A stretch of DNA of 64,000 bases, taken from contig CAVPBE010000003.1 in NCBI GenBank assembly GCA_963701745.1, forward strand, positions 149,361 through 213,360. Direction: 5' to 3'. The stretch comes from an uncultured Bacteroidales bacterium. Lineage in GTDB: Bacteria; Bacteroidota; Bacteroidia; Bacteroidales; VadinHA17. How positions within the stretch are numbered: the stretch's first letter is position 1; each line of letters starts with the position of its first letter. Positions 16,174 to 25,487 of the stretch are shown here, one piece after another. Both the position numbers and the translations under genes were made by a program. The notes beneath the pieces were generated by a model. The model saw only the letters and a list, made by a program, of their open reading frames with translations, had not been told where the DNA came from and did not search any database.

Positions 16174-17046
16174 ATGACAAAGCTATATCAGAAACTTATT
16201 AAACAGTGCCCTTCAGAAACTGAAATCAAGAAGGGCCTGAAAACTGCAGGTTCATTTACAATGGAAAGTCCTGATAAACATCTTCTGATGAATATCCTGA
16301 ACTCTATTGACCTGACCAGTCTGAATACAACAGATAACAAAAGTCAGATACTTCGCCTGACAGGAAAAGTAAATAGTTTTTCGGGCAGGTTTACGAATAT
16401 CCCCAATGTTGCAGCAATTTGTGTTTATCCAAATTTTGTTCCGGTTGTTAAAGAGAAGCTTACTGTTAAAAATGTAAAAATAGCCTCAGTTGCAGGAGGG
16501 TTTCCATCATCACAGACGTTCAGAAGCATAAAAGTTGCCGAATGCAAAACGGCGGTTGATGAAGGAGCTGATGAGATAGATATTGTAATGCCTGTCGGCG
16601 CTTTTCTCGGGAATGATTTTGAGATGGTTGCCGGGGAAATCAGTGAAATCAAGGAGGCCATGGGAGAAAAGCACCTTAAGGTTATTGTTGAATCAGGTTT
16701 GCTCGGAGACAACGAACAGATATTCAAAGCATCGATGATTGCAATGGATGCCGGTGCAGATTTTATTAAGACCTCTACCGGAAAAACTTCCATTTCGGCC
16801 ACTCCGGAAGCAGCTTTTATAATGTGCAAAGCCATTATGGATTTTTATACAGAAACAGGAATTAAAGTTGGATTTAAAGCTGCCGGTGGGATCGTTACCT
16901 CTGCAGATGCCCTGACTTACTACAACATTGTAAGAAGCTGCCTGGGGGAAGAGTGGCTGAATAATAAACTTTTCAGGATAGGGGCAACCAGGCTTGCAAA
17001 TAATATCCTTGCTGACATATCAGGTACCAGGAATGATTATTTCTGA
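16174..17046 (+). CDS. deoC: Deoxyribose-phosphate aldolase (long form)
   Basis: 290-aa ORF with a DeoC/LacD fold, the Schiff-base lysine context FIKTSTGK, and FKAAGGI. Confidence 0.8.
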   Translation: MTKLYQKLIKQCPSETEIKKGLKTAGSFTMESPDKHLLMNILNSIDLTSLNTTDNKSQILRLTGKVNSFSGRFTNIPNVAAICVYPNFVPVVKEKLTVKNVKIASVAGGFPSSQTFRSIKVAECKTAVDEGADEIDIVMPVGAFLGNDFEMVAGEISEIKEAMGEKHLKVIVESGLLGDNEQIFKASMIAMDAGADFIKTSTGKTSISATPEAAFIMCKAIMDFYTETGIKVGFKAAGGIVTSADALTYYNIVRSCLGEEWLNNKLFRIGATRLANNILADISGTRNDYF

Positions 17047-17121
17047 TCATTCTGTTATCTATAAAACTTACCGGATAAATTTAATAATCATTACTTTTGT
17101 GGTCTATTCCGCAAAAAGGTT

Positions 17122-18155
17122 ATGATTACAGGCTTCGATATACAGGACACAATCAGGCCAAAGCTTGTTATCCGGATAAATACTGATAAGCTGCTACCCG
17201 ATTCAGTATTCCGGAAGCTTGATAAAGCCCCTGCACATATCAGGTATGCGGATTCAATAAACAAGTTAAAGAGATTCTCTAGATTACCGGAAGTATCGAT
17301 AACCGATACAACTTCTGTTTGCGCAAGGAACAGCATAGCTGATTTCACTATGTATGATTCACTTGGTTTTGTAAGAAATATTGACCAGCTTCCTCCGGTA
17401 TTTTTTCCCTACCATATTGCCGATAAGACCTCTACCTGTAACTCATGAACGCAGGATAATTGTGATTAATGAGCTGAGGGAGGGAAAGGACCTGCCACGG
17501 AAGCCTTTTAATCACGACTGGATTATTGCCATTGTGTTTCTTGCCGCTTATTTGTGGCTGATTGTGGGGACAACCACAAGAAGCATTTTTCCTGAGCTTA
17601 TAAGGTTTATTCTTTTCCGTGGCATTAATGAATCTTCTGCACGTGATACCGGGTCATTGTTCACCTGGCAGTCGACAGTTCTGAATTTTATTTCATTCAC
17701 GGTGATAGGATTGTTCATTTACTGTGCAGCCGACTTATACGATATTATTCCTGCCGGGGTTTCTCCATTTCTGTTCATGCTTATTTCACTGAGCCTTGTG
17801 ATCTTTGCGATCACTTCAAGGCATTTTATCTGCCTGGCAGCCGGAAATCTTAGTGGAGAATCAGAGTTATTCAAGGAATACCTTATTAATGTTTATCAGT
17901 CATACAGATACAGTGCAGTAATCGTTTTTGCTGTGGTTGTATTGCTGGTTTATACCGTTTTCCTGCCTGCCGGTGTCTTTTTCATTTCAGGAGTTATAGT
18001 GTTGTTATCTTTTATTTAATGCGTATTTTCAGGCTGTTTTTAATTTTTATGAAGAGGAATATTTCAGTATTGTATTTGATTTTGTACCTTTGTGCGCTGG
18101 AAATTTTACCAGTTCTGATTTTAGTGAAATATTTCACTGGCCTCGATTTATAATG
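17122..18155 (+). pseudogene. DUF4271-like multi-pass membrane protein, reading frame broken twice
   Basis: Three consecutive ORF pieces lie in three frames: 17122-17448, 17381-18019, and 18000/18021-18155 (44 codons, below the track cutoff). The breaks are at or near T6 (17401-17406) and T4 (18012-18015). Combined length is about 344 aa, and the position upstream of hemD is the usual Bacteroidota synteny. Confidence 0.55.
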
Positions 18156-18195
18156 AGAAGTGTTACCCGAAAAGTAAAACTTAATCTGTAAAGAA

Positions 18196-18948
18196 TTGAA
18201 AATTAAAAAGATTTTAGTATCGCAGCCAGAGCCGAATAATCCGAAATCTCCCTATTTCGATCTGGCAAAAAAATACAATCTTAAAGTTGAATTTAAACCT
18301 TTTGTTCAGGTCGAAGGAGTTTCTTCAAAGGATTTCCGTCAGCAAAAGATCAATATTCTTGATTTTACTGCAATAATTTTTACAAGCAAAACCGGGATAG
18401 ATCATTTTTTCAGGATCTGCAATGAACTCCGCATTGTTGTTCCTGATACAATGAAGTATTTTTGCATTACTGAAAACGTTGCTTTTTATCTCCAGAAATA
18501 TATTGTTTACAGAAAACGCAAGATCTTCCATGGAAAGTCAAAATTCCAGGATCTGATTGATATGATAATCAAGCACAGGGATGATAAATTCTTCGTTCCA
18601 CTTCCTGAACCTCATAATGCAGAAATTCCTGAAATCCTCGATAATAACAATATTAAATACACTATCGGGACACTCTATAAAACCATTAGCAACCATTTCT
18701 CCAATTTCAGCGAATTCGATTATGATATCCTGGTATTCTACAGCCCTTCAGGTATCAAATCGCTGAAAGAGAATTTTCCTGATTTTGTCCAGGGGGATAT
18801 CAAAATTGCTGCTTTCGGGCCAACAACTGCAAGTGCTGTCGAGCATGAAGGACTAAGACTTGATATTAATGCCCCCAATCCAAAAGCTCCCTCAATGACC
18901 ATGGCCCTTGATGATTTTCTCAAAGAGCACAACAAAAACTGCAGGTAA
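18196..18948 (+). CDS. hemD: Uroporphyrinogen-III synthase
   Basis: 250-aa ORF with a HemD-like two-domain pattern (IFTSKTGIDHF ... VFYSPSGIKSL) and DUF4271 synteny. Confidence 0.75.
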   Translation: MKIKKILVSQPEPNNPKSPYFDLAKKYNLKVEFKPFVQVEGVSSKDFRQQKINILDFTAIIFTSKTGIDHFFRICNELRIVVPDTMKYFCITENVAFYLQKYIVYRKRKIFHGKSKFQDLIDMIIKHRDDKFFVPLPEPHNAEIPEILDNNNIKYTIGTLYKTISNHFSNFSEFDYDILVFYSPSGIKSLKENFPDFVQGDIKIAAFGPTTASAVEHEGLRLDINAPNPKAPSMTMALDDFLKEHNKNCR

Positions 18949-19021
18949 AAATAATCAGCATATCGGTTCGCTCCGGTCCCGGCGTAAGCTAAGGTGAATC
19001 CCGGGGATAATTGATTTTGAG

Positions 19022-19432
19022 ATGAACAAAGGTGAGAGGCAGACATTCGGCAAGAATGAAAGGCTTTGCAGGACTAAACTGATCGATGAAATATTTGAAC
19101 ACGGGAGTGTTTTCCATACATCTCTGTTTAAAGTGGTCTGGATTATAAGCAATGTCAGCCTGCCGTCAAGGGCTCAGGTGGCTGTAAGTGTACCGAAAAG
19201 GAATTTCAGGTTAGCGGTTACCCGGAACCTTATAAAAAGAAGAATACGGGAAGCTTACCGGAAAAAGAAATACCTCCTTTACCGCCTGCTGGAATCAGAA
19301 AATATTCAGGTAACTTTTATTATTATCTACAGGCACGATACTGTCGCCGAATTTAATGTCATTGAAAAGTCAATCGGAGAATTGATTGAAAAACTTAGTG
19401 ACAATATCCTGAAGAAGCAGAATAAAAGTTAA
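19022..19432 (+). CDS. rnpA: Ribonuclease P protein component
   Basis: 136-aa basic ORF with the RNR motif region AVTRNLIKRRIREAYR. Confidence 0.85.
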   Translation: MNKGERQTFGKNERLCRTKLIDEIFEHGSVFHTSLFKVVWIISNVSLPSRAQVAVSVPKRNFRLAVTRNLIKRRIREAYRKKKYLLYRLLESENIQVTFIIIYRHDTVAEFNVIEKSIGELIEKLSDNILKKQNKS

Positions 19433-19504
19433 AATTGTTTTAAATATTTCAATGCCAGCTTCATTGCCGGATTTTCTTTTTAATTTCGCACTTCATATTT
19501 AAAG

Positions 19505-21259
19505 ATGCTTTTTATGAAAAGGATACGTTCAGCAAGAATACTAATTGTGACCATTATACTGATAGTCGCAGGGGTCAGTGTTTCATTTCTTTCCACTCAG
19601 GAGACACGGGACTTCAGGATTGCTAAAAACCTTGATATATTTCTGACTCTTTTCAGAGAGCTGAATACATTTTATGTGGATGAACTGACTCCCGACAAAC
19701 TTGTTAAAACGGGGATCGACAATATGCTCAAAACCCTTGATCCTTATACCGTTTATTATCCCGAATCAGAAGGCGATGAGGTGGCCTTTATGACAACTGG
19801 CAAATACGGAGGTATAGGTTCTCTTGTAAGGGGCGGCGGTGAATATGTTGTAATATCTCTTGTCTACAAGGGATTTCCTGCTGACCTTGCCGGAATCAAA
19901 ACAGGCGACATTCTTAAAAAAGTTGATGGAGTCTCTTTAAAGGGGGTTGATACAGATGTCGTAAGTGAAAAACTTAAGGGAAATCCCGGAACATTGATAA
20001 ATCTTACCATAGAAAGAAATGGTAAGGAAATGGATTTTGCTGTCAAAAGAGAGAAAATTGTCGTTCCGACCGTTCCCTATTACGGGATAATTGATCCGGG
20101 AACAGGCTACATAAGATTTACAAGTTTTACCCAGAATAGCACTGATGATGTCAGGAAAGCTCTGATTGAACTAAAAAACAAAAATGCCAGGCAGATAATC
20201 CTTGACCTCAGGGGAAATCCCGGGGGTCTTCTTACCGAAGCTGTAGAAATAGTAAACCTGTTTGTGGGCTCCGGAAATGAGATTGTTTCAACAAAAGGAA
20301 AGGTAAAGCAGTTCGACGAGTCTTTTAAAACAACAAAATCGGCAGTTGATGAAAAGATTCCGCTTGCTGTTTTAATAAACAGGGGTTCTGCATCAGCTTC
20401 CGAAATAGTGGCGGGAGCAGTCCAGGATCTCGACAGGGGTATTATTGTCGGCCAGAGGTCCTATGGGAAAGGTCTTGTGCAGATAACCCGCCCGCTTAGC
20501 TATAACACCCAGCTGAAGGTCACAACTGCAAAATATTACATCCCCAGCGGACGGTGCATACAGGCCCTCGACTTTTCGCATCCCAACGAGGACGGAAGCG
20601 TGGGAATAATACCTGATTCGCTTATTTCGGAATTTAAAACCAGAAACGGAAGAGTTGTAAAGGATGGAGGTGGAATTACACCTGATATAGAGATAGCTCC
20701 TGAACAGCTGAGCCAGATCACCACCGAGCTTTTCTATCGTAACTATATTTTCGATTTTGCAAACGTATATTACTGGATGCATCCCGGAATTAAGACAGTT
20801 GAGAATTTTAAATTCACTGACCAGGATTTTACCGATTTTAAAAATTATCTGGCAGGCCGTAAATTCTCATACCGAACAATCACCGAAATCACTTTGAATG
20901 AGCTTATAGCCAATGCAAAGAAAGAAAAGTACTATGATACCCACAAGGAGATTTTTACAGAACTCCAGAAAGAGCTGAACCATACTCTTGACAATGATCT
21001 AAATACATTCCGTAGTGAAATTACAGGGCTCCTTGAGGACGAGATCCTGGGCAGGTATTTTTACGAGGAAGGGGCAATTGCCTGGACAATTAAAACTGAT
21101 GAACAAGTTTTAAAGGCAGTTGAGATCCTTAATAAAAGCCAGGATTATAATTCAATCCTTCAGGGCAAAAAGGGATCAATTATGATTACTCATGAAACTC
21201 AAAGTCCCGCAATTAAAGCTAGCCTTGTTGATATGTCTTACAGTGAAGTGAATATTTAG
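19505..21259 (+). CDS. S41 family C-terminal processing peptidase (PDZ-containing)
   Basis: 584-aa ORF with an N-terminal TM/signal anchor, a PDZ segment (GFPADLAGIKTGDILKKVDG), and the S41 motifs DLRGNPGG and RGSASASEI. The start may be the ATG at 19514. Confidence 0.85.
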   Translation: MLFMKRIRSARILIVTIILIVAGVSVSFLSTQETRDFRIAKNLDIFLTLFRELNTFYVDELTPDKLVKTGIDNMLKTLDPYTVYYPESEGDEVAFMTTGKYGGIGSLVRGGGEYVVISLVYKGFPADLAGIKTGDILKKVDGVSLKGVDTDVVSEKLKGNPGTLINLTIERNGKEMDFAVKREKIVVPTVPYYGIIDPGTGYIRFTSFTQNSTDDVRKALIELKNKNARQIILDLRGNPGGLLTEAVEIVNLFVGSGNEIVSTKGKVKQFDESFKTTKSAVDEKIPLAVLINRGSASASEIVAGAVQDLDRGIIVGQRSYGKGLVQITRPLSYNTQLKVTTAKYYIPSGRCIQALDFSHPNEDGSVGIIPDSLISEFKTRNGRVVKDGGGITPDIEIAPEQLSQITTELFYRNYIFDFANVYYWMHPGIKTVENFKFTDQDFTDFKNYLAGRKFSYRTITEITLNELIANAKKEKYYDTHKEIFTELQKELNHTLDNDLNTFRSEITGLLEDEILGRYFYEEGAIAWTIKTDEQVLKAVEILNKSQDYNSILQGKKGSIMITHETQSPAIKASLVDMSYSEVNI

Positions 21260-21262
21260 TAA

Positions 21263-21688
21263 TTATTCATTCTCCCTCCACTGACCGGAGTTATCTTCAA
21301 GTATCTCCTTTTTCCAGATAGGAAGCTTTCCCTTTATAAGTTCAACTGCTTTTGCACATGCCCGGGATGCATGATCCCTGTGACCAGCAGAAACCATTAC
21401 AAGAAGTGATATTTCTCCGGCTTTTACCAGTCCTTTTGAATGAATAATATCAATTGACTTTACATCGTCGAACTCTGACAAAATAGATTTATATATTTTG
21501 TCAGCTTCCCCTATTACCATCTCCTCGTAGGCAGAATATTCTATGGCTCTGACATATTTGCCATCGGAGAGGTCTCTTCTGACCTGTCCGACAAAGAGCG
21601 AATGAGCCCCGCAATCTTGATTTTGTCCGCCTTTCGCAACCAATTCTGAAATTGCGCCGGGCATTACAGGTCCGTTGATTAAGTGCAT
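21263..21688 (-). CDS. moaE: Molybdopterin synthase catalytic subunit
   Basis: 141-aa ORF with a MoaE-like C-terminal region HRDHASRACAKAVELIKGKLPIWKKE. Confidence 0.8.
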   Translation of the reverse strand: MHLINGPVMPGAISELVAKGGQNQDCGAHSLFVGQVRRDLSDGKYVRAIEYSAYEEMVIGEADKIYKSILSEFDDVKSIDIIHSKGLVKAGEISLLVMVSAGHRDHASRACAKAVELIKGKLPIWKKEILEDNSGQWRENE

Positions 21689-21724
21689 TTTGATATAGTT
21701 TTTATTACTACTGGAACTGTTTCT

Positions 21725-21958
21725 TTATCCTCCTGCGAAGGGCGGTAAATATGCAACCTCATCATCCTGCCTTAGCAGCGGATCTTCATTAACTATTTTG
21801 TTATTGACGGCTATCCTGAAACTATAGTGCGTTATCTCAGGAAAATCATCGTTGACCCTATGCTTCAGATCATTGAATGATTTGATATCCCTGTAATGCT
21901 TCCGTGTGGTGCCTGTCACCTCTGCAAGAACACCGAAGAATAATACGCTAATTTCCAT
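21725..21958 (-). CDS. moaD: Molybdopterin synthase sulfur-carrier subunit (ThiS/MoaD fold)
   Basis: 77-aa ORF ending in PPFAGG (C-terminal Gly-Gly), immediately upstream of moaE. Confidence 0.8.
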   Translation of the reverse strand: MEISVLFFGVLAEVTGTTRKHYRDIKSFNDLKHRVNDDFPEITHYSFRIAVNNKIVNEDPLLRQDDEVAYLPPFAGG

Positions 21959-21986
21959 ATTAAATATTTATCCCATTCCTCTATTT

Positions 21987-22058
21987 TGCCCCCCCCCTAA
22001 AGGGGGCAATAATTTGATTACATCTCAAAGTCCCCCTTTAGGGGTAATCAGGGGGCGG
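21987..22058. repeat. Two C5/G5 hairpin elements downstream of polA
   Basis: tgccccc(cccc)-taaa-gggggca at 21987-22008, and ccccc-ttta-gggg followed by taatca-gggggcgg at 22032-22058. Confidence 0.6.
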
Positions 22059-22060
22059 AA

Positions 22061-24862
22061 TCAGTGTGCCTCCAGCCAGTTTTTGCCGGTTCCGCAATCA
22101 ACCTTCAGAGGGACATCAAGTTTTAAGGCATCGGACATTTCATGAACAACCATTTTCTTTATTCTTTCCATCTCACCGGGAACAACCTCAAAGATAAGCT
22201 CATCATGAACCTGAAGTATCATTTTTGAGTCATAACCTTCATTTTCCAGTTTCCCGTGGATTTTAACCATTGCAATTTTAATTATATCGGCTGCTGTCCC
22301 CTGTATGGGTGCGTTGATGGCATTTCGTTCGGCATTTCCCCTTACAACCTGGTTCCGTGACAATATATCTCTGACATACCTCCTCCGGCCCAGCATTGTT
22401 GTTACATATCCAAGATCCCTTGCTTTTCTTATACTGTCATCCATATATTTCTTCACCCCCGGGTATGAATTGAAATACCCATCGATAAGATCTTTTGCTT
22501 CTTTGCGTCCAATTGTAAGCCTTTCGGAGAGCCCGTAGGAAGAGATTCCGTAAATAATTCCAAAATTGGCTGTTTTAGCCCTGCTCCTCATCTCTCTTGT
22601 AACATCCTTTATTTCAACGCCAAAGATCTTGGAGGCCGTAGCGGCATGTATATCGTTCCCCGAAAGGAAATCGTCTATCATGTTCCTGTCTCCACTCAGG
22701 TGAGCCATAAGTCTCAGTTCGATCTGCGAATAATCGGCAGACAGGAAAAGTTTCCCTTCCTCCGGGACAAATGCTTTTCTTATCTCCCTTCCCCTCTCAT
22801 CCCTTACGGGAATATTCTGGAGGTTTGGATTATTAGAGCTAAGCCTGCCGGTTGAGGCAACTGCCTGGTTGTATGAAGTGTGAATCCTTCCGGTTTTTTT
22901 GTCAACCAGCTGTGGCAGTGCTTCGACATAGGTTGACAGGAGCTTTTTAAGTCCACGGTATTCAAGCACTTTATCTATTATTGGGTGCCGACCTGCGAGC
23001 CTTTGCAAAATTTCCTCACTGGTATTGAACTGTTTAGTTTTTGTAACCCTTGCCTTGTCATCGAGTTTCAGACGGATGAACAGAATATCGCCAAGCTGTT
23101 TTGGAGAAGAGATATTAAATTCGGTTCCCGCCAGTGTGAAAATCTCTGTTTCAAGTGAGATAATATCCTCACGAAGGCCGGTGGAAATTGCCTTCAGATT
23201 CTCCTGGTTCAGCCTGACACCGGCTCTTTCCATATCTGCCAGCACTCTGATAAGAGGCATTTCTATGTCATCAGCAAGGTCTGATAATCCTTCGGACCTT
23301 AACCTGGGCTGAAACACTTCCTTAAGCTGGTATGTCACATCAGCATCCTCAACTGCATATTCTTTTATCTGTTCAACAGGAACAGAACGCATATTCTTCT
23401 GATTAACCCCCTTCTCCCCGATCAGGGATTCTATGTGAACCGGGCTGTAAGAGAGATATGTTTCTGAGAGAAGGTTCATGTTGTGCCGCATATCAGGCTC
23501 GAGAAGGTAATGAGCAATCATTGTGTCAAACAGACTGCCTTTCACCTCTATACCGTAGTTTGCAAGGACCTGGATGTCAAATTTCATATTCTGACCTATC
23601 TTTCTGACGCCCTGATCTTCAAAAACGGGTCTTAGGATCGTAAGCTTTTCTATGGTTTCTTCCCTTGATCCGGGGAAATGAACCAGAAAGCCCGAACCCT
23701 TTCTCCATGAAAATGAAATAGCAACCAGTTCTGAATCGAGGGGATTTATGCTTGTTGTTTCCGTGTCAAAACAGATCTCATCCAGTTTCATTGCCTTAAG
23801 GACAAACTCCTCCAGTTCTTTTTGTGTCTCAATAACAAGATATTCATGAGGAACCGATTCGATTGTTGATTTTTCAACCAGGGGCGAAACCTGATCATTA
23901 TCAAACAGAGTGCCCTGAGCTGAGCCGGGTTGAGAAATTAGAACAGGTTCCGACCCTGCCGGTTTTCGGCTCTTTTCTATTCCATTAAGGATTTCGGCAG
24001 CAACAGTCCTGAATTCAAGTTCATTAAAAATGCTTTTCAGTTTTTCGGGGTCAGCTGTTTCAAGTATAAGTTCATTTTCATTAAGGTCGACCGGGACATT
24101 TAGATCTATTGTTGCCAGCTTTTTTGAAAGTTCAATTTGTTCTCTGTTATTCTCGATGATCTCTTTCAGCTTGCCTTTAAGCTGATCGGTGTGCTTGAAT
24201 AGTTCTTCAACAGATCCATATTCTGATATCAGTTTCATTGCTGTCTTGGGTCCGACCCCGGGAGCGCCAGGGATATTATCAGCCGTGTCGCCCATAAGAG
24301 CAAGAATATCAATTACCTGTTCAGGCTGCTGAACTGAAAACTCTCGTTTCACTTCATCAACTCCCCATTTAACTGATTCATTCCCGCTCCTAGAGGGTTT
24401 GAACATGAAAATATTGTCGGAAACAAGCTGTGCAAAATCTTTGTCCGGTGTCATCATATAGGTTTCAAATCCTTTCCGGGAAGCTTTCTTGGCCAGGGTT
24501 CCGATAACATCATCGGCTTCAAAGCCCGGATAATCGATTATTGGTATTTTATAAGCTTCAACCAGTCTTTTGATATAGGGGACAGCCTTTTTTATATCCT
24601 CCGGAGTTTCATCACGGTTAGCCTTGTAGTCTTTGAACATCTCATGCCTGAAGGTCGGAGCTGCAGTGTCAAAGACTACAGCAATATGAGTAGGCTTTTG
24701 CTTTTGAAGGACCTCTCTGAGAGTCAGGAGAAATCCGAAAATTGCAGATGTGTTCATCCCCTTTGAAGTGATCCTGGGATTTTTTATGAATGCATAGTAC
24801 GAACGGAAAATGAGAGCGTAAGCATCCAGTAGAAAGAGTCTTTTTGGTTGATTTTCTGACAT
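22061..24862 (-). CDS. polA: DNA polymerase I
   Basis: The 5' nuclease N-terminus is LLDAYALIFRSYYA. Polymerase motif A is LSADYSQIELR, motif B is RSRAKTANFGIIYG and motif C is LQVHDELIFE. I prefer the ATG at 24862 (MSENQ) over the track start at 24919, which overlaps queD. Confidence 0.92.
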   Translation of the reverse strand: MSENQPKRLFLLDAYALIFRSYYAFIKNPRITSKGMNTSAIFGFLLTLREVLQKQKPTHIAVVFDTAAPTFRHEMFKDYKANRDETPEDIKKAVPYIKRLVEAYKIPIIDYPGFEADDVIGTLAKKASRKGFETYMMTPDKDFAQLVSDNIFMFKPSRSGNESVKWGVDEVKREFSVQQPEQVIDILALMGDTADNIPGAPGVGPKTAMKLISEYGSVEELFKHTDQLKGKLKEIIENNREQIELSKKLATIDLNVPVDLNENELILETADPEKLKSIFNELEFRTVAAEILNGIEKSRKPAGSEPVLISQPGSAQGTLFDNDQVSPLVEKSTIESVPHEYLVIETQKELEEFVLKAMKLDEICFDTETTSINPLDSELVAISFSWRKGSGFLVHFPGSREETIEKLTILRPVFEDQGVRKIGQNMKFDIQVLANYGIEVKGSLFDTMIAHYLLEPDMRHNMNLLSETYLSYSPVHIESLIGEKGVNQKNMRSVPVEQIKEYAVEDADVTYQLKEVFQPRLRSEGLSDLADDIEMPLIRVLADMERAGVRLNQENLKAISTGLREDIISLETEIFTLAGTEFNISSPKQLGDILFIRLKLDDKARVTKTKQFNTSEEILQRLAGRHPIIDKVLEYRGLKKLLSTYVEALPQLVDKKTGRIHTSYNQAVASTGRLSSNNPNLQNIPVRDERGREIRKAFVPEEGKLFLSADYSQIELRLMAHLSGDRNMIDDFLSGNDIHAATASKIFGVEIKDVTREMRSRAKTANFGIIYGISSYGLSERLTIGRKEAKDLIDGYFNSYPGVKKYMDDSIRKARDLGYVTTMLGRRRYVRDILSRNQVVRGNAERNAINAPIQGTAADIIKIAMVKIHGKLENEGYDSKMILQVHDELIFEVVPGEMERIKKMVVHEMSDALKLDVPLKVDCGTGKNWLEAH

Positions 24863-24869
24863 ATTGAGT

Positions 24870-25322
24870 TTATTCATTATCCGAAGCATGCCATTCAGCA
24901 TAAGAGGTGGCCGTTTCATAAAGCTTTAAACTATGCAGGGTGACGTTCCCCGGGAGTTGTTTCTTTATCCTTGATGCGAAATCTGCAACCAGGTTCTCAC
25001 AGGTAGGCTGGTATTCCGTAATGACAGTGTTCCCGAACATCGTTTTAAATACTTCCAGTTTCTCCCTGTCATAATTCCCGGAGACGGTAAGAGCATGGTC
25101 GAATATATTTATTATCTCTTTTTTCACAATATTCTTAAGATCAGTAAAATCTATAACCATTCCGTTTTTAGGATCTTGCAGATCTTCAGAAGGAATACCT
25201 GAGAGTGTAACAAAAAGCCTGTAAGAGTGGCCATGAACGTTCCTGCAGGGTCCGTCATAATTCCAAAGGGCATGAGCCATTTCAAATGAGAATTCCTTTG
25301 TTATCCTTATAAGTGTTGCCAT
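24870..25322 (-). CDS. queD: 6-carboxy-5,6,7,8-tetrahydropterin synthase
   Basis: 150-aa ORF with the motif PCRNVHGHSY (CxxxHGH) of the PTPS/QueD family. Confidence 0.85.
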   Translation of the reverse strand: MATLIRITKEFSFEMAHALWNYDGPCRNVHGHSYRLFVTLSGIPSEDLQDPKNGMVIDFTDLKNIVKKEIINIFDHALTVSGNYDREKLEVFKTMFGNTVITEYQPTCENLVADFASRIKKQLPGNVTLHSLKLYETATSYAEWHASDNE

Positions 25323-25446
25323 TGATTTGTTTCAAATAAACAATCACAAATTTAACCAACTTCCCTTAATAAAGCTTTTTTAAACCCTCTTGTTAAGGCA
25401 ATAATGCAATATTTAACATGTTATTAACAGGATGCAGATAAATTCG

Positions 25447-25454
25447 TATCTTTG
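25447..25454 (+). promoter_or_regulatory. Candidate -7 box (TATCTTTG) for the acyl-CoA ligase gene
   Basis: Matches TAnnTTTG and lies 34 nt upstream of the ATG at 25488, in a divergent intergenic region. Confidence 0.3.
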
Positions 25455-25487
25455 CAGTTTATTACAAAATTTAAACAGGAGGTGCAG

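Noticed and set aside
17381-17448. Programmed ribosomal frameshifting at the T6 run of the DUF4271 gene
   Set aside because: The same gene has a second break in a different direction, and ActC has a similar homopolymer break. There is no downstream stimulatory structure. Sequencing error or decay is the simpler explanation.
18949-19021. A possible small RNA or tRNA-like sequence between hemD and rnpA (contains ggttcgctcc)
   Set aside because: No acceptor-stem complementarity or cloverleaf can be drawn. Only a short tcccgg/ccggga stem is present.
21263-21958. A functional link between moaD/moaE and the molybdopterin-like ActB subunit
   Set aside because: ActB-type subunits of alternative complex III are reported to lack the molybdenum cofactor. 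The genes are 16 kb apart on unrelated transcription units, and no other moa/moe genes are nearby.
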